Assembly (NCBI GenBank): GCA_965248835.1
Contig: CBDFLJ010000002.1
Span: 992,001 to 1,056,000 of the forward strand
Direction of reading: 5' to 3'
DNA: 64,000 bases
Origin: Alphaproteobacteria bacterium
Lineage (GTDB): Bacteria > Pseudomonadota > Alphaproteobacteria > MPNO01
Of the stretch, positions 9,793 through 17,725 are shown piece after piece. A program made the translations under genes and the position numbers. How positions within the stretch are numbered: the stretch's first letter is position 1; each line of letters opens with the position of its first letter. The notes beneath the pieces are model-generated. The model did no database searches and had not been told where the DNA came from. It was given only the letters and a program-made list of their open reading frames with translations.

Positions 9793-10230
9793 ATGTCACA
9801 TCAGTATTCTGGTGGTTGCGATCATATACGCACGCACTCGGACAACGATCCGATCGACAACCACACCTGCCACTGCTCCGTCTGCAAGCGTGTTACCGGT
9901 CAAGACACGACCCACGTGGTGTTTTTCAAACACGGAGATGTAGCCGTTGATAACGTTGATGGCTTGAACCGTCAGCCATTCAATGATCAAAACGCGGATG
10001 GCCCCTTGGAACTGTGCACCTGTGCAACCTGTGGCACACCGATCATGCTCGATGACAAACAACGCCGTATTCGCGTGATCGTACCAAACTTGATGGGTTA
10101 CGACCCGGACAGCCTGCCTGCGACCTATCATGCCTTCTACGATCCGGCCAGTGGTGCCCCGGAACCGAACGACGGTCGTCCTGTCTGTGAAGGTTTACGC
10201 CCGGACTTTGTGTGGCCGGAGCCCGCATAA
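9793..10230 (+). CDS. GFA/CENP-V family Zn-binding protein
   Basis: AGGAGG RBS; GGCDH..CHCSVC..TG..CATCG motifs. Confidence 0.8.
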   Translation: MSHQYSGGCDHIRTHSDNDPIDNHTCHCSVCKRVTGQDTTHVVFFKHGDVAVDNVDGLNRQPFNDQNADGPLELCTCATCGTPIMLDDKQRRIRVIVPNLMGYDPDSLPATYHAFYDPASGAPEPNDGRPVCEGLRPDFVWPEPA

Positions 10231-10270
10231 CAAGCAGATTCCATTACGTATTTCTGGCACTAAGATCCCA

Positions 10271-10312
10271 CTCATAACCTGAAGGTCAGAGGTTCAAATC
10301 CTCTCCCCGCAA
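10271..10312 (+). other. 3' half of initiator tRNA-Met (CAT); probable att site
   Basis: CTCATAACCTGAAGGTCAGAGGTTCAAATCCTCTCCCCGCAA gives anticodon loop, T-arm and 3' acceptor strand; no D-arm or 5' half upstream. Confidence 0.85.
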
Positions 10313-10319
10313 AAAAATT

Positions 10320-10357
10320 AAACCCCTGGAAACATTGACGTTTCCGGGGGTTTTCTT
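10320..10357 (+). terminator. Rho-independent terminator
   Basis: AAACCCCTGGAAAC-loop-GTTTCCGGGGGTTT followed by a T-rich tract. Confidence 0.75.
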
Positions 10358-10413
10358 ATGCCGGGATTGGCTGGTTGTCGGCAAGCCGTAAGCATACCGG
10401 AAGCGGATTCATT

Positions 10414-11172
10414 ATAATACCAACCTGGATTGATCAGGACCGATTGGCCCATTCTGGGTGGCCGCTGGAGATGATTTTCCAGGGTTGATCGAAGAGGTTG
10501 TTCCAGGCGTGGCAGCGGTGGTCGATGCTGTCGTCGTATGATTTGAACGCGCGGGTGGATAGCCAGTTTTCGGTGCTCCTTGGCAGGCGATCTGGTCGCG
10601 ATGTCACTGCATGGCCTGGGTGTTGCAGCGCGGCAGGACGAGGCCGGCGCCGACGCCGCGCCGGGGGCAGATGGCGTCGAAGATGTCGGCCGACTTGGTG
10701 CGCTGGTCATGCGGCGCGCGCGGCCGGGTTCCGCGTCTTGCCCAGCGCCCGCCGGTCGATCATCCTGCCACCACAACGCTATCTCGGTGCCGACCAGTGC
10801 CGCGCGGATGGCCGTGAGCTCGGCCGGGAAGGTTTTTTAAGATCCGCGAGCGCCAGCGCGTTCTGTGCGTAATGGCGCGGCCGTGCCGAAAGCTTGCCGA
10901 ACCCCATGGCCCGGCGCCCGCCGGTCGATCAGCCCATCGGGACCATCAGCGCCGCGAGCCGTTGTCGTAGATCGCCGCCAGCGCCAACAAGTGACGCTCG
11001 GTTGCCGTGCGAAGACGCCTTGGCAAGCCGCCGTAACCTCGCCGCGGCGTCGTCCGTCCGAAGCGGGATCGCTGCACCCATGGCAAACCTCCTTCAGTTT
11101 GCCAGCGTGAATCACAAAAAGGCCGATTCAGGAATCTCCTTTGCGAGCCGCAGTCAGCGCAGACTGGTATAA
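10414..11172 (-). mobile_element. IS630-family remnant
   Basis: LLALAAIYD..GSR, IWWQD, YIFDAICP..GVGAGLVLP and WLSTRVQI..RPWKII fragments; ends TAATACCAA and CTGGTATAA. Confidence 0.75.
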
Positions 11173-11255
11173 CATCCGTCCGCCCTTCCCTCATGCGGGC
11201 CAATAGCTGGAATTCTATCCCCCGCCGCCGTCGCGGAACCGGAACCGTCCCGCGC

Positions 11256-12041
11256 TTACCCGTCCGAGACGTCGTCCGGCTTGCCGCCCTCGAGCACTTT
11301 CCAGTCGTGGGTCGGCAGAATCACGTCTGCGCGGGACTTGATGTCGATCAGCGCCCGGCGCATCGAATCCAGGTCGTAATAGATGCCTGGCAGGATCTCC
11401 TTGTCGATGTTGAGATCGAGCTTCCGGGCGATATCGCCGATGATCGCCACAATCCCCTCGGCGGTCTCGACGTAGATGCATTGGTGGCCGGGGGTGTGCG
11501 AGTTGGCATAAAGGACGCAGCGGATTCCCGGATAGGGCTCGTAATCGCCTTCCATCAGGTCGACCCGGCTCCAGAGCGGGTCGACCAGATCCGCGACATC
11601 GGCGCGGTCGAAGAACAGGCCCTTGCCGCCGATGTCGAGCTGCTCGGGTCCGAGCGGCGCCGCCGCCGCCATCAGCTCGGTGCGTTGCAGGACGAAGCGC
11701 GCATTCGGCAGCAGGTTGCAGCCGCCGGCGTGGTCGTAATGGAGATGGGTCAGATGAACGTATTTGATGTCTTCCGGCGTATAGCCGTGCTTGGCGAGCT
11801 GGGCCGGGATGGTCTGGTCCGGCGCGACGTTGTGCGGACCCAGCCCGTGGACGTCCTGCGCACGTTGCGCGTCGCGCATGCCGGTGTCGATCAGGAGCGG
11901 TCCGTCCGGCGTGCCCTCGATGAGGAAGGCGAGAATCGGCACCGACGAGGCGCCTCGGGCCCTGGACAGGCTCCAGAACACGTCGAGCATGTCCGGCACG
12001 ACGGCATCGCCGAGCAAGAGCGGCGTCACGCGATAGCTCAT
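11256..12041 (-). CDS. N-acyl homoserine lactonase-family metallo-beta-lactamase fold hydrolase
   Basis: LIDTG, THLHYDHAGG, HTPGHQ, GD, PTHD. Confidence 0.9.
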   Translation of the reverse strand: MSYRVTPLLLGDAVVPDMLDVFWSLSRARGASSVPILAFLIEGTPDGPLLIDTGMRDAQRAQDVHGLGPHNVAPDQTIPAQLAKHGYTPEDIKYVHLTHLHYDHAGGCNLLPNARFVLQRTELMAAAAPLGPEQLDIGGKGLFFDRADVADLVDPLWSRVDLMEGDYEPYPGIRCVLYANSHTPGHQCIYVETAEGIVAIIGDIARKLDLNIDKEILPGIYYDLDSMRRALIDIKSRADVILPTHDWKVLEGGKPDDVSDG

Positions 12042-12097
12042 GGGTCAACCCTCCGATCCGTCAATGACTTCGTCTTTTCCCGACGGCTTCCGGCTCG

Positions 12098-12121
12098 GAT
12101 GTTAGTGCCTTATCGCGTGGC
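12098..12121 (-). promoter_or_regulatory. Upstream motif copy 1 (GATGTTAGTGC-N5-CGCGT-N-GC)
   Basis: Repeats at 15384-15407; contains TAACAT on the minus strand. Confidence 0.5.
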
Positions 12122-12223
12122 CTGAAAAGGGACAAGTTTCCGCGATCCCCTGCAGGTCGCCCCGGCACCGACTCCGCCGCCAGAGCATGCGCGCCAAGTG
12201 CATGCCTGCGATTGTCCCGGCCA

Positions 12224-13555
12224 TCAGCCGTAGCCGGTGACCAGCCAGGGGAAAAAGATGATCAGCAACAGGACGATGAACATCACCACCGCGAACGGGG
12301 CCGCGCCGATGAAGATGTCCGCGAGCGAGATCCGGTCGTCGTCGAGCGTGCTCTTGATCACATAGGCCGACAGACCCAGAGGCGGGGTCAGGAGCCCGAT
12401 CTCGACCGCGATCACGGTGACGATCCCGAACCAGACCAGATCGACGTTATAGACCTCGAGCAAGGGCAGGAAGATCGGGATCATGATCAGCATGATCGAG
12501 ATCCCGTCGAGTATGGTTCCCATGATCACGATGATCACGGCGTAGAAGATCAGGAGCGTGAAGAAGCCGAGCTCCAGCCCGTTGACGAAGTCGTTGATGA
12601 ACACCGGAACGCCCGAAAGGGCGAGGAGGCGGGTGTAGATGTTGGCGGCGATGATCAGCATCAGGATCGAAACCGTGATATGCCCGGTCTCGACCAATAC
12701 CTGCCAGACCCTTTCCCAGGTGAGCTTGCGCCGGGCCAGCGCCAGAACCAAAGCGCCAAGCGCGCCGACGGCGCCCGATTCCGTCGGCGTGAACCAGCCG
12801 AGATAAATCCCGCCGATCACCGCGAAGACCAGCGCGGCCAGTGGCCAAAGACGAAAGCTCGCCGCCGCGATCGACATGGGAACGTCTTCGATCTCGGCTG
12901 TCCGGACATCGCCGGCGCCTTCTCCTTCGCGCATCACTACAGCGGGTAAAAACGTCGCCATCCCCAGAATCGCGACGGCGAAGGCGAGTGACAGGAGCAG
13001 GCCCGGCACGATGCCGGCGATGAACAGGTCTCCGATCGATTGCTCGGCGAGTATCCCGTAGATGATCAGCAGCAGGCTGGGCGGGATGAGCATGCCGAGC
13101 ACCGAGCTGCCGGCGACGACGCCCACGGCAAAGCGGGGGCGGTAGCCGAGCGATATCATCTCGGGCACCGCGAGCTTGGTGAACACGGCGGCCGAAGCCA
13201 CCGAGATCCCGGTCACGGCGGCAAAGACCGCATTCGCCGCGACGGTTGCGATGCCGAGCCCGCCGCGGATACGCCGCATCAGCATATTGGCGACGACATA
13301 GGCGTCCTTGCCGAGATCGGAGACGCTGACCAGCAACCCCATCAGGACGAAGAGCGGGACGACGCCGAAGACGTAGCCTGCCACGGTGTCATAGGCCGCG
13401 ATCGCCAGCAGCTTGGTCGCCAGGGTCACGCTGCCCTTGACCGCCCAAACCCCGGCGAGCGAGACCACGCAAAGCGTCACCGCGACATGCATGCCCAGGT
13501 AGATCAGCAGCAGAATCGCGCAAATTGAGATCAGCCCGATCTCGACGCCGCTCAT
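12224..13555 (-). CDS. dctM: TRAP transporter large permease
   Basis: VPLFVLMG, GMLIPPS, FTPTESGAVG, GLLTPPLG. Confidence 0.93.
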   Translation of the reverse strand: MSGVEIGLISICAILLLIYLGMHVAVTLCVVSLAGVWAVKGSVTLATKLLAIAAYDTVAGYVFGVVPLFVLMGLLVSVSDLGKDAYVVANMLMRRIRGGLGIATVAANAVFAAVTGISVASAAVFTKLAVPEMISLGYRPRFAVGVVAGSSVLGMLIPPSLLLIIYGILAEQSIGDLFIAGIVPGLLLSLAFAVAILGMATFLPAVVMREGEGAGDVRTAEIEDVPMSIAAASFRLWPLAALVFAVIGGIYLGWFTPTESGAVGALGALVLALARRKLTWERVWQVLVETGHITVSILMLIIAANIYTRLLALSGVPVFINDFVNGLELGFFTLLIFYAVIIVIMGTILDGISIMLIMIPIFLPLLEVYNVDLVWFGIVTVIAVEIGLLTPPLGLSAYVIKSTLDDDRISLADIFIGAAPFAVVMFIVLLLIIFFPWLVTGYG

Positions 13556-14142
13556 TTGAGCATTTCCGTGATCTGCCTGCGGTCCTCCGGATCCGCCGGC
13601 GCCATCCAGCCGCCGACCACCGCGAAATCGCGCCAGGCGAAGAGGCAGTACTGGATCGCGGCGACCGCGCAGCCGATCAGGATGATCAACCGCACCGGCC
13701 AGACCGGGTAGCTGACATAGCCCTGGATCCCGGCGTACTCGCCGGTGCTCCACGCCTCGACGAAGAAGGGGTAGCTCGCCCCGAACACCAGCATGAAGAG
13801 CCCGGCGCCGACCAGGTTGAAGATCAGCGTCATCGCATGGGACAGACGCGGCAGCCGCGCGCGCAGGATGCGCAGCAGGCCGTCGGAGCGCGTCATGCGG
13901 CCGGATCTGAGGGTGTGGCCGAGCTGGATGAACACGATCCCGACGATCGAGAGCTTCACCAGCTCCGGCACGCCGCGCAACGGCATGTTCAACGCGGTCC
14001 TTCCCATGATGTCGATATTGATGACCACCATGAGGACGACGATCCACAGGCTGCCCAGCGAATTGAGCCCGGCAACCAGCCTTTCGAAGGTCAGGAACCG
14101 GAGCCAGGCGGTCGCCTTCGACGGTGCCGCCCGGTCAGTCAT
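13552..14142 (-). CDS. dctQ: TRAP transporter small permease
   Basis: Four TM segments, DIMGR..PLRGVPE, YPVWP; lies between dctP and dctM. Confidence 0.88.
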   Translation of the reverse strand: MTDRAAPSKATAWLRFLTFERLVAGLNSLGSLWIVVLMVVINIDIMGRTALNMPLRGVPELVKLSIVGIVFIQLGHTLRSGRMTRSDGLLRILRARLPRLSHAMTLIFNLVGAGLFMLVFGASYPFFVEAWSTGEYAGIQGYVSYPVWPVRLIILIGCAVAAIQYCLFAWRDFAVVGGWMAPADPEDRRQITEMLK

Positions 14143-14214
14143 GATGTCCTGACCGGTCTTGGGCGGAACGGTTCGCCGTTCGGCCGGGCGCCGCAAGTCT
14201 GGCCGTTGACCGCT

Positions 14215-15279
14215 CTATTCCTTGTCCCATTCGCGGACCAGCGGGACCTTGTTGGCGCGGAGCTTGTCCATATAGGCCTTCAGCACCTTGTTCCCGGCAA
14301 AGCCCTTCGCCTCGACGCGCGCCGCCCATTGTTTGGCGATATTGGGCATCGCCTTTGCCCAGGCGAGTTTCTGATCGAGCGGCATCTGCGAAAAGATCGC
14401 GCCGTCCTTGGCCATCTTGGCCTCGAAGGTCGCAACCAGACCGGTCATCTTCTTGTCCTGCGCGTCCCGGTAATCGAGCGCCGCCTGATGCATGGCCTTT
14501 TTGACCTCGGCCGGCATCTTGCCCCACATCGCCTTGTTCATCGTCACGGCGCCCCCCGGCATGGCGCCGAAATTCACCTTGGTCGCGTAGCGCGCGATCT
14601 CATGCAGCTTGTTGGGGTAGTAGCCGGTGGTGAAGGCGATGATTCCGTCATAGACGCCGGTCTTGAGATTGTTGAAATGGACCGAAAAGTTTCCCTGGAC
14701 GGGCACGATGCCGATCGGAGCTTCCCAAAGAGACACCGCCCCGGCGCCGGCCAGCTTGCGGCCGTTGAGATCCTTGAGCGATCTGATCGGGAACTTGGTC
14801 AGCGGGTAGAAGGTATCGAAGCCGATCGGCGCCACGAAGACCTGGCCGTGCTTCTCCCAGGAGCCGGACATCTCGGGCACTTCCTGATGCAGTTCCTGGA
14901 AAATCTTGAGCGTCAGCCCCAGGCTGTCCGAGCCGAAGGGCGCCATGTAAGCGACGTTCTGAAGCGGCAGCTTCGCCTGCTCGAACAGCGAATAGACGAT
15001 CCCGAGGTCGGCGATGCCTTCCTCGATCACCTCCAACGTGCCGCCCACCTTGGAAAGCGTGCCGCCATAGGCTTTGGTCCAGTTGATCTTGTGAGCGGTG
15101 GCTTTGAGCCTGGCGTCGATGCCGGCGATGAAGACGCTCTGCGTCAGCCCGACCCAGGGGAGATGCACCCCCTGGGCGGCAGCGAAGGTCAGATTGAATG
15201 TTTCGGCCGAAGCCGTACCGACGGACAGACCCGCTGCCATGGCGAATGCGGCCGCCGTCTGTCGCAATTTGCTGTCCAT
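14215..15279 (-). CDS. dctP: TRAP transporter substrate-binding protein
   Basis: Signal peptide, YGGTL, GIADLG, PIRSLKDLNGRKL, LKTGVYDG; GGGAGG RBS. Confidence 0.9.
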   Translation of the reverse strand: MDSKLRQTAAAFAMAAGLSVGTASAETFNLTFAAAQGVHLPWVGLTQSVFIAGIDARLKATAHKINWTKAYGGTLSKVGGTLEVIEEGIADLGIVYSLFEQAKLPLQNVAYMAPFGSDSLGLTLKIFQELHQEVPEMSGSWEKHGQVFVAPIGFDTFYPLTKFPIRSLKDLNGRKLAGAGAVSLWEAPIGIVPVQGNFSVHFNNLKTGVYDGIIAFTTGYYPNKLHEIARYATKVNFGAMPGGAVTMNKAMWGKMPAEVKKAMHQAALDYRDAQDKKMTGLVATFEAKMAKDGAIFSQMPLDQKLAWAKAMPNIAKQWAARVEAKGFAGNKVLKAYMDKLRANKVPLVREWDKE

Positions 15280-15383
15280 GAGCCCCTCCCGCGCTTTTGT
15301 GTCCAAACCGGCGACGCCCCTGTGCCGCAGGAAGTTCGAATCGATGGGAACGGCACGACCTCGCCAGTGAATCCTCCGTCAGC

Positions 15384-15407
15384 GATGTTAGTGCATCGCC
15401 GCGTTGC
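15384..15407 (-). promoter_or_regulatory. Upstream motif copy 2, in the divergent intergenic region
   Basis: GATGTTAGTGC-ATCGC-CGCGTTGC; overlaps the palindrome GCGATG-N6-CATCGC. Confidence 0.5.
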
Positions 15408-15590
15408 TCGCCAGGCCGGAGACCCTGCCGGTACCGGAAAGCTTGCATATTTGTCGTCGATCGTCGTCGGTCCCGATCCGCCCGGCCCGGGAAAGCTTCG
15501 TTCCGGATACCGCCATCGGCTTGCTGGCCTCGGGGCGCGGCGCTAAGCTCCACCCCGGCCGGCAGTGGTCCGGTATGGCGGGAGAGCGAT

Positions 15591-16247
15591 ATGTCTGACG
15601 ACCTCGCGGTCTACGAAAAGCAGGGGTTCGGCCACCGGATCGGGTTCGGCAGGAAGCCGGCCCTGATCGTCATCGACTTCATCAACGCCTTCAACGACCC
15701 TGACATGTTCGGCGGCGGCAGCATCCAATCGGCGATCGACCATACCGAGGATCTGCTGGCGGTCGCCCGCCACCATGAGCTGCCGGTCGCCTACACCACC
15801 CACGCCTACGCCGCCGACGGCAGCGATGACGGCATCTTCAATCTGAAGTCGCCGGGCCTGCGCAAGCTGGTCCCCAACACCCATGCCACAGCCGTCGTCG
15901 ACCAGCTCGCGCCCAGGCCGGGCGAGCGGGTGATCAGCAAGTTCTACCCTTCCGGCTTCTTCTCGACCGACCTTGCGAACTGGCTTGCGATGAAGGGCGT
16001 CGATACCGCGATCGTCACCGGCTGCACCACCAGCGGCTGCGTGCGGGCGACGGTGGTCGATGCGATGGGGTTCGGCTTTCGGCCGATCGTGCCCCGCGAA
16101 TGCTCGGGCGACCGCGCCGAAGGGCCGCACGAGGCGAACCTGTTCGACATGGACCAGAAATATGCCGACGTGATGCCGCTTTCCGAGGTCAAGGACGCGC
16201 TGGATGGGTTGACCCCGGGCCAAGCCGGCGTCCCGGCCGGCGGCTGA
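15591..16247 (+). CDS. Isochorismatase-family amidase (maleamate amidohydrolase/N-carbamoylsarcosine amidase-like)
   Basis: GFG..PALIVIDF, K in KFYPSGFF, GCTTSGCVRAT (Asp-Lys-Cys triad), HEANLFDMDQKYADV. Confidence 0.9.
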   Translation: MSDDLAVYEKQGFGHRIGFGRKPALIVIDFINAFNDPDMFGGGSIQSAIDHTEDLLAVARHHELPVAYTTHAYAADGSDDGIFNLKSPGLRKLVPNTHATAVVDQLAPRPGERVISKFYPSGFFSTDLANWLAMKGVDTAIVTGCTTSGCVRATVVDAMGFGFRPIVPRECSGDRAEGPHEANLFDMDQKYADVMPLSEVKDALDGLTPGQAGVPAGG

Positions 16248-16271
16248 GCGAGCGGCAATGGAGCGCAGATC

Positions 16272-17078
16272 ATGACGGATTCGATCGGCTGGCGGGCAAA
16301 CTGGGGGGTGATCGCGCCGTCGACCAACACCTCGGTCCAGCCCGAGTTTGACGACATGCGCCCGCGCGGCGTGACCAACCACCATGTCCGGATCTGGATC
16401 CCGGACGAGCCGGTCCATTCCGACGAGGACTTCAACCGGTTGATGGAAAACATCCGCCGCGAGTTCGACAACGCGATCCTGCGGGTGCTGACCTGCAACC
16501 CCGACTATATCGTGATGGGGATGTCGGCGGAGACCTTCTGGGACGGGCTCGCCAAGTCGATCGAGCTGCGCGAGCGAGTCAAGGAGCTCTCCGGGCTCAG
16601 CGTCGCGATGGGCTCCGATGCCTGCCAGGCCGCGCTGCGGTGCTACGGCGACATCAAGCGCATCGGCGTGCTTACGCCCTACTGGCCGGTCGGCGACAGG
16701 AACGTCCAGAAATTCTTCGAGGATTGCGGCTTCGAGGTCGTCGCCATCAAGGGGCTCAAATGCGAGAGCCCGGCGATGATCGCCCAGGTCACCGAGGACG
16801 AGCTGCGCGACGGGCTGGTCGAGCTCAACGCGCACGGCGTGGAAGCGCTGATCCAGTGCGGCACGAACCTCGCCATGGCGCGGCTCGCCGGCGAGGCGGA
16901 GAAGTGGCTCAACAAGCCGGTCATCGCCATCAACACCGCGACCTACTGGTATGCGATGCGCGCCAACGGCTACGACGACATCATCGAGGGGTTCGGCTCG
17001 CTGATGAGCGAGCACCGGACGCTGCCCGAAGCGTATCTGAACAGCAAGGCGGGCGAGGCCGCCAAGGCCGTCGCCTGA
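16272..17078 (+). CDS. Asp/Glu racemase-superfamily protein (maleate isomerase/arylmalonate decarboxylase-like)
   Basis: GVIAPSTNTSVQPE, IGVLTPY, GTNL, KPVIAIN, GFGSL. Confidence 0.85.
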   Translation: MTDSIGWRANWGVIAPSTNTSVQPEFDDMRPRGVTNHHVRIWIPDEPVHSDEDFNRLMENIRREFDNAILRVLTCNPDYIVMGMSAETFWDGLAKSIELRERVKELSGLSVAMGSDACQAALRCYGDIKRIGVLTPYWPVGDRNVQKFFEDCGFEVVAIKGLKCESPAMIAQVTEDELRDGLVELNAHGVEALIQCGTNLAMARLAGEAEKWLNKPVIAINTATYWYAMRANGYDDIIEGFGSLMSEHRTLPEAYLNSKAGEAAKAVA

Positions 17079-17265
17079 ACCGGGTGCTCGGCGGCGAACG
17101 CAATTCGGCGTGCCGGAAACGGCCCAGGCTGCGGCAATTTGCTACATCCGGAGCAGCGCGGCCTCACCATATAGTGTAGTGCGGGCGATCGGGGCGTCCG
17201 TCCTTGTCACCCCGGCCCGCCTCGATGATAATGCGTCCGCTTCCGACCGAAAGGGACCTTATCCC

Positions 17266-17709
17266 GTGACCCGATTCCTGTGCATATTCTTCGTCTCCCT
17301 CGGACTGGTTCTTGGCGCCGCCGCGCCGGGCGCTCCAGTGATGGCGGCTGGCGATGCCGCGATGGCGGCCGGCGATGCCGCGAAGGGCAAGAAGGTCTTC
17401 CGCAAATGCCGGGCTTGTCACAAGCTGGTCGCGGGCAAGAAAGCGATCGGGCCCACACTGCATGCGATATTCGGCCGCAAGGCGGGCACGCTCGAGGGCT
17501 TCAAATATTCGAAGGACATGAAGGCCGCCGGCGAGAAAGGGCTGGTCTGGACCGACGAGACCTTCCTTGCCTACATGGCGAAGACGAAACGCTATATCGG
17601 GTCCTATATCGGCAAGAGAAGGGCCAAGACCCGCATGGCTTTCGCCGGGTTGAAAAAGAAGAAGGACCGACAGAACCTTCTGGCCTATCTCAGGGAAGCG
17701 ACCAAATAG
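17266..17709 (+). CDS. Class I cytochrome c (c2/CycM-like)
   Basis: Signal peptide, GDAAKGKKVF.KCRACH, IGPTLH, YS..M, TRMAFAGL. Confidence 0.9.
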   Translation: MTRFLCIFFVSLGLVLGAAAPGAPVMAAGDAAMAAGDAAKGKKVFRKCRACHKLVAGKKAIGPTLHAIFGRKAGTLEGFKYSKDMKAAGEKGLVWTDETFLAYMAKTKRYIGSYIGKRRAKTRMAFAGLKKKKDRQNLLAYLREATK

Positions 17710-17725
17710 CGTCCCGCACGGGATC

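Noticed and set aside
10240-10312. Intact tRNA-Met gene
   Set aside because: Only the anticodon-to-acceptor 3' half is present; no D-arm, 5' acceptor strand or CCA.
11256-12041. Quorum-quenching or beta-lactam resistance function
   Set aside because: The fold motif alone cannot assign a substrate, and the context suggests a catabolic lactonase or amidase.
13525-15546. 673-aa plus-strand ORF
   Set aside because: Antisense shadow of dctQ/dctP, expected in high-GC DNA; no recognisable motifs.
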